Source: Octopus sinensis
Taxonomy: Eukaryota
Direction of reading: 5' to 3'
Length of the DNA stretch: 64,000 nt
NCBI RefSeq assembly: GCF_006345805.1
Contig: NC_043006.1
Location: forward strand, 1,302,001 to 1,366,000
Shown here: positions 22,793-35,598 of the stretch, in pieces
Layout: each line of letters opens with the position of its first letter
Numbering within the stretch: the first letter of the stretch is position 1
Translations under genes and position numbers: made by a program
The notes under the pieces: generated by a model
The model's input: the letters and a program-made list of their open reading frames with translations, nothing else
Told to the model about the DNA's origin: nothing
The model's database searches: none

Positions 22793-24792
22793 TATTTCAT
22801 TAAATTTTCCACAAGGGCAGCACACAGAGAGAAGCTTGAGGGCTAGACAGAAACATTAATGGGATGAATGATGATGATACAAGGATGATAAGGATGGGAG
22901 AAGACGAAAAGCGCCCGCCGACATTCGCTTCTCTAAAATATTGTTCTTTTTTTCTGTTTTTTTAAAAACACAATGAGGCAATAAACCTCTTACACAGTTC
23001 AAAATTAAAAATAAAACACAAACACGAGGTAATAATCCTCTCACTTTTTACATTTTTAGTCTCTTTTTGAGGTAATACACCTCTTCAATCTTTCCGCCCG
23101 GCCAGGCTCCTCGCTTCATCGAAGCACCTGGTCCGTTCCGAACTTAAAGGTTTCAACATAAGTCTGAAGGAGTCCTTCGGGAAGGAGTCCGTTATCCTGC
23201 ACAGATCGTTCTCCCATATGACCTCCGCAGCCACCTGCGAAGGCCACTCAGGGTCCTCCGTGTAAGACAGAAGCCCCTCCCACCGGCACTTCCTTTCAAT
23301 TTTTTAGATTTCATTTTGCAAGGTTCCTCCCTTGTGGATGAGGACCAAAAATTCCTCCTCCAGCAGCACACCCGCCAAAGGAGAATCGGGACACGCCGGC
23401 AGCGTGTCACAACCCGCTGGCAATGTCCCGTTTTTCTTTTTTCTTTTCTTTTTCCCTTGGGCCGCGGGAGGGTGGTGTTCCCTTGCTGTGTCCAGCAGGT
23501 CCTCTTTTTCTCCCGCAGCTCTCGGGTTCTTCGGTGGGCAACCCACCTTTCGCTTTTTTGTTTTCGAGGAGGTTTCCACCTCCTCGACATCCTCCTCCTT
23601 CTCTCCCTCCATTGAGGGAGCAGGGAGTGGTTCCTCTATTAACTGCTCCAGTATCCTATTTTGGTCCTTGGGGCGGTTTTTCTTGATGTGGCCGATCTCC
23701 AGACTCAGGTGACACTTGAGGGGGGGCGTCCCTCGAGCATCACCGGATACCTAGACCCGGCCATCCTCAAAAAATCTGGGAAAACCAGACTTTCGGGTGA
23801 TTGGGTCCATAGGGTCAACACAGCTTTTAACTCCTCCCAATCAGCCGCAGGCAAAATTTTTACGTTGAGCAGCTTGGTACTGTTACCACCCAAACCCCGG
23901 CGGATAGAGTCCTCTATCCACTCGGGCTCAATTCCGCGTGACAAGCCGCAAACCCAAGCTCTCGTTAACTTCTTTCCACAATAACTGGGAAGAAACATTA
24001 TTTCCTTCCTGCAAGCTTCTTTGGGGGAGTCAAATAGCAACCAGACCGTTGCAAATTTGACTCCCCGTGAAATAAATTTAATAGCTGGCATGTTCTCTGC
24101 CAGCTCTTTCAAAATTGTGGCTTTCGGGAAGACGGTTATGGTATCGAGCGACTTTGAATAAGTCCTCAACAGCACCGTCTTCCTTTCGAGCTCTTTTAGC
24201 CATGATTTGGGAGGTGTTAATTCCCCCACTAATATTTCCTTTGCCATTTTTTTTTAAATAAAAAGTTCAAATACAGTTCGTCAATACGTTTTCAAATAAA
24301 GAAAGATACACAAAAAAAGAAAGAAGACACAACGGAAGGGAAGAAAAAATAAAAATAACAGTTCAAATAAAGTTCTTTTTTTTTTTTAAATAAATGATAG
24401 CTGTGAAAAGAGAGTTCAAATCCAGGCAAAGAAATAAATTTCCGGCCGAAAGGTACTCCTGGCCAATCCTTTTAATCCACGTGGGCGCAAAAATGTTCAA
24501 ATACAATTTCTCACAATTATGTGAGACAACACACACGTCTCCGCCGCAAGGCAGACAAAAAGCCCCGAATCCAGTAAGGACTCCCTGCCTGTTCAAAAAA
24601 ATAAAACCAACAGGCAAGAAATCCTACCGGACTCAAAAAGCAAAGAGTCTTACCTTACAGCGTCTTTCAGTTCAACTTTCGCCAGCTGCATATCAGCGTG
24701 ACGACTTCAACAGGTGCGTGAAGAACACTGTTTTTGTTCTTTTTTCTTTGTAGGACGGAGCTCAAAGCTAGACGTCTTCACAGTTCAACCGG
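22793..24792 (-). mobile_element. Complete ORF1-only (half-LINE) L1/Tx1-type element, 2.0 kb, 13-bp TSD
   Basis: TSD AAGCAAGCTTCTT at 22780-22792 and 24793-24805; 545-nt 5'UTR, ORF1, ~290-nt 3'UTR ending CTGTGTGCTGCCCTTGTGG..AATAAAGAA. Confidence 0.85.
23085..24247 (-). pseudogene. ORF1 (~387 codons) with degenerate CCHC zinc knuckle
   Basis: 180-aa ORF, frameshift in the G6 run near 23720, then CHLSLEIGHIKKNRP (knuckle with two Cys lost), in-frame TAA at 23304, final TGA at 23085-23087. Confidence 0.75.
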
Positions 24793-26164
24793 AAGCAAGC
24801 TTCTTACCACACAGCCACGACTGCACCTTCAAAAGATATCTGAATAAATATCTTCGCAGGATGCCATACGAACGACTTATGCCTGGATTCATCTCAGTCA
24901 AAAACAACTCAATACTTCAAGGTCTAAGATACCATAAAACTCGGCTTATAAGATTCTGTCAAGTGTTGCTTTTAGGTTAGACATTCCCTGGGCGAATTTT
25001 GGCCGAAACATATCTAAGTTTATACTTGCTTTATAATATTCCTATAAAAACGACAAGAACCAACAAGAAAAAGAAGGCCCTTGGAATGCAGTCAGACCTA
25101 AAGTGAAACTTAGATCTCCCCCTTAGAACATTGATTTAGATTTGTAATTGTTGATTAACAGATCTATAAGTGATTGTAGGTTATATATTGTGTAGCTTGT
25201 TAGCAGGCAATCTTGTTTATATGATTTGTCAGTAAGCCGTCTTTTTAAAATAATTCATTTTAATTGCTATTTATGACTAACATATTCTTTCAGGAATTGC
25301 CGCCATTTATTTTTGATATATTTTAACGATAACTTCTAATCTTTTTCCTCTATTAACTTTATTTGAAAAACAAAGCAAGAAGAAAACAATATGAATATCT
25401 ATCTATTGTAAATGTGTGTTAATATGTTTGTCAGAATAATTTCCAGGAGGATATTCTGGGGAATAAATTATGGTTCGTGTCGGCTTTTATGTTGTGTATA
25501 CGACTTGATTGTTCCATCTTTGTCTCATAAAAAAGAAATAACATCGCATATAAAAAGAGAAAAACAAAGTGTGTTAAAAGAATCTTAAAAGTAGTGGGAA
25601 GAAATGTGATCACTCTGCTAAGAATGAAAGTATATTGGTGCACCAAATGAAAGAAGATTTCAAGTCATAAATTCATCACTGGCCTCAAGAAAGATAAAAA
25701 GAATACAGAATTTTAGAAACTATCTTTTTACTTGCATTTCTTGCAATAAAAATGCTTATATCTGCCACGTTGCCAGCCATTCTGATATATTTAATGGGAT
25801 AGTTATGGCTGTAGAGGAGAAGTACCATAAAAATGTATGAAATATTGATTTTCCATCCGGGCATAATGCCAAACATCTTTAGTCAAATGTATCGAGATCG
25901 CTATATTATTGGTCTCTTATATGACTTCGGACAGTCGAAATTTCTGGCACAATTTGATCTCGGAACCGAGAAGTACTTACACTCTATATTTGTCGTATAT
26001 GAAATGTATCTGTCCATTATCAACTACATATTCTCAGGTATTGTCTTCAGCGACCAGCATTTCATTAAATTTATGTAAAGATTATAGAGGTGAACGAAAG
26101 GATTACATAATGTGGTATCTTTAAACTATATAATGTTTTTCAACCATATATATGAGCCTTTCGG

Positions 26165-26221
26165 TTTCTTTATTAGCCACAAGGGTCCAAACATAGAGGG
26201 GGACAAACAAAGACAGACAGG
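26165..26221 (-). mobile_element. Isolated SINE-B1-type 3' tail
   Basis: Reads ..TTGTGGCTAATAAAGAAA on the minus strand, ending like the LINE at 16640. Confidence 0.7.
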
Positions 26222-26874
26222 ACACCATAGAGGGGATAATACGAATATGATGAGATGATTATACAACAATGGGGTTATGAATGGCTGCATGTGCCCCTCA
26301 TCACATGTATTACCATTAATCTTTTTAAACTGTCCGTTTTTATCATGTTTTTAACTAACAATTAATTATCGTCTACCATTACAATTATTTGAACCGTTAT
26401 ATACGTTCTCTAAAAATGTTCTATTTTCCGATATTATTAAACATAACATAAAACATTTACTCTTTCTTTTTTCCTCCTTTTTCTTTTCTTTTTTCCTGTC
26501 GCTTTGACATATTTATTTTTTAGTGATATTTCATTAGTGGTTCGATATCTATTAAATCCACCACTGGTGGCAATTCTTTGAATTCCACCCTTATTCCTGA
26601 TGGGTCGATATTATCTCCACACATTTTTTGAATCCATATATGAGTCTTTCAACGACTTTTGCATTAAGTTTACCATTCATACAAGGCTAGGAACCTGTGT
26701 TATAACTAACCAAAGCCAGGGATGAATGCCATCCATATTTCAAACCTTGTCTCATCTAAAAAATTATATATACTTTATTAGATATCAGAAATAAGCAAGA
26801 AATTGCTTCCAATGGGACTTTAACAGATAAAACATGGTGAGAAAATTTGAAGGTAAATTATACACAACTAAGAA

Positions 26875-27215
26875 ATTAATTTCAACTTCCAAGCCACGCG
26901 GTTCCGGGTTCAATCCCAGTGAGTGGCACGATGGGCAAGTGTCTTCTACTATGGTTTCGGGCCGATCAAAGCCTTGTGAGCGGATTTGGTAGACGGTAAC
27001 CGAAAGAAGCCCTTCGTGTATGTATATATATAATGTCTGTTTGTCCCTCCTCCACCACTTGACAACCAGTGTTGGTGTGTGAACGTCCCCGTAACTTAGC
27101 GGTTCGGCAAAGGCTATCGATAGAATAAGTACCAGGCTTTAAAAAGAAGTACTGAGGTTGTGCTTCAAGGTGGTGCTCCAGCATGGCCGCAGTCTAATGA
27201 CTAAGATAAAAGGTT
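26875..27215 (+). mobile_element. SINE-A, nearly full length
   Basis: Head, internal TA, middle and tail in order. Confidence 0.8.
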
Positions 27216-27253
27216 CTTTTTCTTTCTTTATAAGTCTCTCTATTTCTCTCTCA

Positions 27254-27486
27254 TTTTATAACATATTTGATATCTGCTCAACTCCTAGGCCACACTTGAG
27301 CGGCATTGTTATTGTTTCACTGCCTGGTTCTTGGGAGCCTTTGGTGGAGTTCACTCTGTGGTAATGATTCGCTGAAGCTCTGAAAAGGCTCATTCCCTCT
27401 TGACTAAAATGTGAAACAAACCTTTCACAGTCTATTTGAGAAAAACAGCAGTCAACGTGTTTTATAACATATTTGATATCCGCTCA
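27254..27486. other. 179-bp unique insert between 27-bp direct repeats
   Basis: TTTTATAACATATTTGATATC(T/C)GCTCA at 27254-27280 and 27460-27486. Confidence 0.75.
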
Positions 27487-28206
27487 GTTTTAAATAATAC
27501 CGCCATATTATTCAAATAAGGCGCTATTATTTATTTGTATTCAAATTAAGAATTTGTATCAAGAAAGTTATGCAAATTATATTTTTTCGTAAAAAAATAT
27601 ACGCTCAGAAAGGAAACGTGTGTATTTTTGGTGCTCCAGATAGTGTTAGAGGTGACACTTAAGAAAAATTTATAAACAAAAAAAAAGTTTATCAAAGAAT
27701 ATGAGACTGTAGGGGTGCAATGGAGGTTTCATATAAATAGAATGAGACGTTAATAAAATTTCAAGACTATACGATTGGTAGAATAGAATGTTTTGCTATA
27801 ATTGATGGAATGTTCCGTCGCTCTCAGAACTAAGTTCAAATCTTGCTGAAAGATTTCAGGGTCACTAAAACAATACCAATTCAGGGCCGTGGATTGACAG
27901 GGCGAAATTATAATGTCGGACCAGATTTTTTGCGATATTTGTTCCCGTCTTTGAGTTTGCGTTTTAAGTTCAAATCCCACTTTGGCTTACTTGAGTCATC
28001 CTCATCAACCCCTGGACATTAATGTCTCTCGTTAACGAAAATCCTTCGACAAAATAAGATATATTTTTATTTTAAGAAATATTGTTAAATGCTTTTCGAT
28101 TATTTATAGTTAATACACGTATTTTCTTTAATATATTTATTTGATAACTAGTATAAGTTAAGATAAGTACATTTATTCTATAATTATTTCTAATTGTTTA
28201 TTATCT

Positions 28207-28328
28207 TAGACCTGATGAGTGACTATATTTTTAAATAGAATTAATTTTAGTTCGATTTAATTTTGAATCGAATTGATTTTATTATTATAATATATTTGAA
28301 AATATTGCCATGAAACGTGCGTAGTTTG
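28207..28328 (+). ncRNA. Minimal type I hammerhead ribozyme with long loop II
   Basis: Stem I TAGAC/GTTTG; CTGATGA 28212-28218; stem II GTG/CAT; GAAA 28312-28315; stem III CG-TG-CG; TA site 28322-28323. Confidence 0.6.
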
Positions 28329-28546
28329 TTAACTACTATTTATTATTTATAATATGTTATTGATTTAAAATAATTTTTTTTTTATAGTATATGTTTTCGA
28401 TATGGTGTGAATAAGATCTTTCTTTATTGAATAGTCTAATAGTGGGTTTTCTCTAAATTATACACATATATTATATATTGTGAAATTTGATATAAAATTG
28501 TTAAATTGAATTTTCCCTGTAAGTTTTGGAATTATATTCCCTATTA

Positions 28547-28648
<102 letters not shown>

Positions 28649-29149
28649 TTTATCAATATGTTTATGACATCTTAGGGAGGTAAGAGATAATAGGGCACGA
28701 CTGCAATTAGGAAGTATTGAGATTTTAAGGTCATACGATTCATAAAACTAATTTCTCTTTTCCTGAGTTCTTCCAGATATTTTGCAGGAGTGTAGATTCC
28801 TCCTAGGCTAAGAGGTTTCCTACCTGGTACTGTAAATAATATTATTCCTTTCTAGAAGAGAAGGCCAGTAAATACACATATGTGTATATAGATAGATTCG
28901 ATCGTTCTTTGCCAGAAGCATTATATGGTATCAAGGGAGACTGGAATTAGATGGAATCGACGTGATGTGAGAATTATCAATTTCTATATTGAATCTCGAC
29001 TGCTTGCATTCCATGAATGGCACTAACCAGGAGATCGAGTTAATGGTTTGTAGGTTTGACAGGTGTAAACTTTGTTTGTGTGGGAGATGCATCACGGATG
29101 CATCAGAGTTGAAACACGTGTACTACTGGCCTGACAGCGCTAAATACAT

Positions 29150-29614
29150 ATACTTACACATATGCATACATACATATACACATACATATACATATGTACA
29201 TACATACATACATACATACATACATACATACATACATACATACACACATCCATCTCTTTCTCTCCATTCATATATGTATGCACGTATCGATAGATAGATA
29301 GATAGATAGACCACATATTTACAAACACAAGGAAATCTCTTAAATCAAAAAGTCTTATTGCTTTGTTAGCAACCGCCTTGAACCCTCTCAGAAAGAACTT
29401 AAATCAAAGATAAAAACATACACACACACACACATACATACATGCATACATACATACATACATACATAAATATATACATGCATACATACATACATACATA
29501 CATACATACATACATACATACATACATACATACATGCATGCATACATGCATACATACATACATACATACATAAATATATACATGCATACATACATGCATA
29601 CATACATACATACA

Positions 29615-29648
<34 letters not shown>

Positions 29649-29731
29649 CATACATACATACATACATACATACATACATACATACATACATACAAACATA
29701 CATACATACATACATACATACATACATACAT
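29150..29731. repeat. Two (CATA)n tracts with a short (GATA)n
   Basis: Direct reading; unique ~100-bp gap at 29310-29415. Confidence 0.9.
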
Positions 29732-29759
29732 AGAAATATAAAAGACATCACATGGGAGA

Positions 29760-29900
29760 AGATGGATCATGGCGTGTCCGGCTGTAGCAAGCTGGGAAGC
29801 TTCTGCCGCACATCGGGCACAGGTGGTTTGCTGAGAATGAAGGCAAGAAAAGTTGGCTCTGGACTTGAGCAGCTCATTTTGGCTTGTCCTCCTGCCTAGA
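29760..29900 (-). mobile_element. Short RTE-type 3' relic
   Basis: Minus-strand NHLCPMCGRSFP resembles THFCPTCGRGF of the RTE at 45398. Confidence 0.45.
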
Positions 29901-30116
29901 CTCTTTTACTCTCTTATTTGTTTCAGTCATGTGACTGTGGCCATGCTGGAGCACCGCCTTTAGTTGAGCAAATCGACCCAAGGACTTATTCTTTGTAAGC
30001 CTAGTACTCATTCTATCGGTCTCTTTTGCAGAACCGCTAAGTTACGGGGACGTAAATACACCACCATCAGTTGTCAAGCGACGTTGGGGTGGACAAACAC
30101 AGATACACAAACATAT

Positions 30117-30167
<51 letters not shown>

Positions 30168-30359
30168 ATATATAATATATATATATATAATATATATATA
30201 TATACGACGGGCTTTCAGTTTCCGCCAACCAAATCCACTCACAAGGCTTTGGTCGGCCCGAGGCTATAGTAGAAGACACTTAACCAAGGTGCCACCCAGT
30301 GGGACTGAACCCAGAACCATGTGGTTGGTAAGCAAGCTACTTACCACGCAGCCACTCCT
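29901..30359 (-). mobile_element. Full-length SINE-A (tRNA head, CORE-like motif, internal microsatellite, CR1-like tail)
   Basis: Head AGGAGTGGCTGCGTGGTAAG..GGTTCAGTCCC; tail GGCGGTGCTCCAGCATGGCCACAGTCACATGACTGAAAC. Confidence 0.9.
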
Positions 30360-30679
30360 ACGCCTATAATTTAAAATAGTTAGCTATGTTACATAGTGTA
30401 TCACAATCACTTTGCTAGAAAATTGCGTTAAAAGGTTCATGTATACTTAGCCACTTACATACTAATTCATCGAGCAAGTAATTTTGCTGAACGAGGAAAT
30501 CTATGCTCATCGTCGAAACCAAGGGAGGTCCATTTACTTCCATCTGTTGCTGAAATTTTATCTCTCCTTCACTTCCTCTACCATATTGATGATGAACTTA
30601 GGAAGTCGTGATTGTCAGATATGCCGGTGATAGAGACTTCTATTTAATTAAGTACAAATTGAAATTTTGATTTCAAATA

Positions 30680-30805
30680 TTTATACAAGGCCAGCAATTT
30701 CGGGGGAGGGGGTAAGCCGATTCCATGGACCCAGTACTCAACTAGTACTTATTCTATCGTCCCAGAAATGATGAAAGGCAAAATCGACCTAGGCGGAATT
30801 CGAGC
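30680..30805 (-). mobile_element. SINE-B2 fragment
   Basis: GCCTTTCATCATTTC..AAGTACTAG body and GCTGGCCTTGT tail. Confidence 0.65.
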
Positions 30806-31367
30806 GCCTCTTTATTGTCTAATTTTTACTGAAGCAGGCCCCCAGATCTCTACGAACTCACTTTAACCACAATGTTAATTATAGGATTTTTAATTTAGGC
30901 CTATATTGGCAATAATAAATATTGTAATATATTAATGAGAAGCATTTTTGTTTGTTTGTTTGTTTGTTAGTGGAGTATCACTTATCACTTTCACGTATAC
31001 TTTTCAGCAAAATTAATCCTCTCATGAACAACAAGCATCCATTGAACTGATATTGTATCTCAGATTTCATATCGTAGAAAAGATAAGACACATTTTCTCT
31101 TTGTAGTACGCTGGAGTAATGCACGAAGGTTCTGTTATGATAAGTAATCGCTGCTGAGTTCTAGTAACTATTCGCCAATTCCATACGAGTTCACTTGTAA
31201 TAACAACAAAAAAAAAGAATTTGCACAAGACTTGCAAACGCGATTCATCATATTGTAACCGAATAACTGTGAGACATTGCCTTCGAGGTTTCTGTTACGG
31301 AATTGTTCTAAATTATAGGCATGGAACTCGACGCACCACTTTATACCGACATACTCAAATTAAAACA

Positions 31368-31791
31368 CATACATACATACATACATACATACATAAATAT
31401 ATACATACATACATACATACATACATACATACATAATACATACATACATACATACATACATACATACATACATACATACATACATACATACATAAATACA
31501 TACATACATACAAACATACACAGATACATACGTACGTACATACATACATACATACATACATACATACATACAAACATACACAAATACATACGTACGTACA
31601 TACATACACTCATATTTGCATGCATACATACATATGTAAGTAAGTACGCATGTACATGATACGTACACACATATTTGCATACATTACATACATACAAACA
31701 TACATACATACATACATTACATACATACACACATACATACACACATACATACATACATACATACATACATACATACATACATACATACATA
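31368..31791. repeat. (CATA)n microsatellite
   Basis: Direct reading. Confidence 0.95.
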
Positions 31792-32556
31792 CTTCCGTAC
31801 AGTTTGTGCCACCAAATTTTTCTTCAGAAGACATTGACCAATCCGAAGCTAGAGTACAAGACACTTGTCAAAAATGTCACACGATATGATCAAACCCGAA
31901 ACAACATGGCGGTGCAGCGAACTTCTTAATTCTGCGTCTACGTCTGTCAAGTAAGAAATAAATCTACAGCGTATGTCTTAGAAAAACCTTCAACAGAAAA
32001 GGAGAAAAATAATGATTTCTTGTGTTACTATAAGATAATATATTTATTGAATGGAGTATACGGAAACGACCGCAGTGGCTGTCTGATTTGATTTATTGAA
32101 TACGAATGGATGAACATAGAATGTAAAAGGGCTAAATTGATACTACGATATGTTTAGTATTTCTGGTATTGTATGATTGGCTCAAGGAATATATGAAGGG
32201 AGAGGCACGTTGTCTTCCTCATCACGAAGGTACGTATTGCCCCGTAAACTTCCTGTCTACTCTGCCTAACAATGGTTCTGGTTTGAACATAAGGCCCGAT
32301 CAAAGTTACCGCGCTACTTTCGTTTCGGGATACCTTTTGACCGTTTGTAGTTTCATGGGTACCACTCACTCACTTGTTTGGTCCATCAAATGTCTTGTAT
32401 GGACCATCAAATGTCCTGCAGATGTTTGAGGCCAAAATGTGCTTCTGCCACTTAATAAAAGGAATTACACCAAAGGCTTCTTTCTTTTATTCTGATATCG
32501 TTTCAGTAATCATTATTATGTCATTGTCGAAAATGCGGTGATGGGGGTGTTCGCAC

Positions 32557-32940
32557 TTTATTACCTAAGCCTTAGCGAAGACGGGAGTATTGTTTTCAAT
32601 CGTGTTTGTTTGTTTGTTTGTCCGTGGACAAGATATCTCAAGAATTGCAGGATGGATTCGGATGAAACTTTCGGGGATGTTTGGCCTTGTGACTGGCACA
32701 AACTGATTAGATTTTGGGGTCGATCCGGTACCGGACAATGATTCTGGATTATTTTTTCTGTTTTTTTTTTATTTACTTAATTTTTGAGAGCGGTTGGGTT
32801 CATTTTTAGTATTCTCGTTTGTGAGAGCAGTCGAGTTTATTTAAGATATTCCCATTTTAAAAATCATCTCTGGCTATTCGTTGAGAGGATGTTGGTGTTG
32901 CTTTGGCGGAGGTTTGCACTCTCTGAGTGATCTTCTTCTT
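32557..32940 (+). mobile_element. Helentron-associated (HINE/DINE-1-like) non-autonomous element
   Basis: TTATTACCT..GCC start, (TTTG)n block, GGCGGAGGT sub-terminal inverted repeat and 3' hairpin CACTC-TCT-GAGTG before a T-rich end. Confidence 0.55.
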
Positions 32941-33673
32941 GATATTTCCGATTTCCCAGTTTATCTTTTGTATAACGACGTCTTGTGGGCATGATATCGA
33001 TAGTATAGGTGGCATTCTATCATCTTAGTTACACCTTATTGCAGCCTGAAGGAAGCAGGATATATAGTGAATTAAATCGGTTCCAATACATAATTTACAC
33101 ACATTTTATCAACGTTAGCCAGACAAAGAGTACTGGTGAGGTTAGAAATCAAAATACGGAAAAAAATAAGTACGAATGTTTTATTGTTGCCGCTAGTGTG
33201 GAAGTTTAAGGTTATAAGCCTTAAGTGAGGGAAGAAAGAAAATGATGGAAGTAAATATGAACCCCAAACTGGATTTGAACTCGGAATATAAAAGGCGGGA
33301 CTAAACAGCAGAGGAACATAATGTTAAACGGCTTAAATATTGAAGGAGATAAACTTATATTATTTGATATTAACTGCGATAAACAATTGAGATTAATACG
33401 AAAGGATTGACAAATATAAAATATGAATGAGGGAGGTGTATGCTGCGTGGGCACGAGCGTGTGTGTGTGTCTGTGTGTGTGTATGAAGGAGATGAAGGAG
33501 CAAAAAGGGAAGGATAAGGGTAAAAACGAAGACAAAGAGGTAGAGTGTGTAAAAATAAGGAAGGAGAAATAAGGAAAGAAAAGAAAGAAAGAAAGAAAGA
33601 AAGAAAGGTCCCCGAGTATGACGTCACAAACTCATAGAAAGCGAAATCGTAATTGCTGAAATGCATTAATGGA

Positions 33674-33910
33674 GAGTTTCTTTTTAACTACCCACAAGGG
33701 GCTAAACACAGAGAGGACAAACAAGGACAGACAAACGGATTAAGTCGATTACATCAACCCCAGTGCGTAACTGGTACTTAATTTATCGATCCCGAAAGGA
33801 TGAAAAGCAAAGTCGACCTCGGCGGAATTTGAACTCAGAACGTAACGGCAGACGAAATACGGTTACGCATTTCGCCCGGCGTGCTAACATTTCTGCCAGC
33901 ACGCCGTCCT
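33674..33910 (-). mobile_element. Full-length SINE-B1 with 10-bp TSD
   Basis: TSD CATTAATGGA at 33664-33673 and 33911-33920. Confidence 0.9.
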
Positions 33911-33933
33911 CATTAATGGACATTATTATTACT

Positions 33934-33971
<38 letters not shown>

Positions 33972-34301
33972 TAGTGTTGTTCAGGCCCTCCTCCACTTAT
34001 CAACTCTGACTGAGCAGGTTTATAATCAAAGGCATTCCAGATGTGGCCATCCCATCATTTTGTGTATCTTGGACTACAATATATCCATTGGATGTGGTGT
34101 TATTTTAAGATGTTAGGATGCTATTTCTTGTAGACCGCCGCCTTCACTTCAAGCAACATTGATGGATCACCTTCAGCCAAGACTAGAAAAGGATTTACAA
34201 CAATCTTACATCATTAGTAAATAATTTGTTTTCTGGCACTCGTCTAAATGATGAAAGAGAAATGAAAATTAAATTAGTAATTAATTACATACAAAAAATT
34301 G

Positions 34302-34436
34302 GATTTATTTAGCCAAATCTCTTCCCTGAAAACCGGTGTTAACTCAGCCGCAAGTGAGTCACAACGGCTGTTCCAGCACATCTGCCTCGCCATCCTCCGG
34401 GGCAACTCCTTTTCTATTTTGTCTTCTTGGGCCATG
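34302..34436 (+). pseudogene. Possible C-terminal relic of a CRE-like (RLE) non-LTR element
   Basis: LFQHICLAILRGNS resembles the LFQRISxAIQRGNA terminus of CRE-type proteins. Confidence 0.4.
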
Positions 34437-35371
34437 AAACGGTCTGAATTGCAGTAAATCGGGAGAATGTGAGAATTTCATAGCTTACTACACGAACAAT
34501 AAACTTATACAGCCCCTCATACATAAATGACTTGACCCTGCCATTGAGGACAACATCACAATCTCTCTTTTCCTTAGCTTGAAACGAAAAGTAAGGACCT
34601 GGAACATTAGATACAGTGAATTTCACAACAGCCTAACTCGTGGAACCTTGTTATGTGCTTTTTCTAGTGATGAATAAAAATCAAGAACTGCTTAATATAA
34701 CTCTCAGCATACAATAAACTCCCGAAAATGCAATTTCCCATTAATGAAAATCACGTGACTTCGATACTATATATCTTCTTAGAATCACTAAAGGCGTAAA
34801 CCGCACCTCGCTACCAAATTTAGTAACATACGAGGATATAAAAATGTATACAGTTTTTCATTATGTAACTTGGTTCATTCGTATCTACAGTTATGATAAT
34901 TTAATGGAAGTGAATCTCATTCCTTTCCATAATTTCATCCATGGAATCGTGGTCATGAATTGTTGATATTTTGTACAATATGAGATTTTAAAATTGTTCA
35001 AAAAGGTGAGAAAAAAGCTGCAGAGAAGTTAAACATTTCAATGATGTGCTTTTTACTAATTGTTTTTATCACAGAAATTAATCTATTGATTACTTTAAAC
35101 CACTTGTCACTTGTAACCACTTGTCACGAGTATAACCATCCTTATACTCGTCAGATATCTATCTTTAACACTTGTTAGCAAACCCTTGAATCTGTAAGCC
35201 AGGATTAAGAGCGGAATTTGGAATGCAGACTGCGACTCGTTCCTGTTACGTTATTCCTGAACAAATCTTGCCAGGTAAACCGCATTAATAGGATAAAATA
35301 ATTAGAATCACTTCAATAACAATAACAACAAAAATAACCAGAGAAATTTTCAAAGACCATCGAAACATTGA

Positions 35372-35598
35372 TTTCACATTTTGGCACAAGGCCAGCATGT
35401 TCGGGAAAAGTAGTACCATTTGAGCACTGGGGTCGATGTAATCGACCCCAGTGCTCAAATGGTACTTATTTTATGGGCCTCGAAGAACGAAAGGCTAAGT
35501 CGACCTCGGTAAAAATTTGAACTCAGAACGTAATGACAGACGAAGTGCCACCAGGCATTTTGCCGGGCGTGCTACCGACTCTGCCAGTTCGCCGCCTT
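35372..35598 (-). mobile_element. SINE-B2
   Basis: Head GGCGGCGAACTGGCAG, GAGTTCAAAT B-box, GCTGGCCTTGTGCCAAAAT tail. Confidence 0.85.

Larger units (their letters stand above)
22381..24820 (-). mobile_element. SINE-A split in its tRNA head by the 2-kb ORF1-only element
   Basis: Tail, body and most of the head at 22381-22792; head resumes at 24793 (AAGCAAGCTTCTTACCACACAGCCAC). Confidence 0.85.

Noticed and set aside
24985-25030. ~45-bp motif GTTAGACAT..CCTGG..TTGG.CGAAACATATCTAAG, also on the minus strand near 49195-49245
   Set aside because: It is a real dispersed repeat with a hairpin plus GAAA, but lacks the CUGANGA box; too short to classify.
25560-25860. Possible Penelope GIY-YIG remnant (KKDKKNTE, EEKYH)
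   Set aside because: Only two short motifs in different frames; not supportable without a profile search.
35128-35160. Minus-strand CTGACGA followed by a GTATAA/TTATAC hairpin
   Set aside because: No GAAA box follows the hairpin, so a hammerhead cannot be built.
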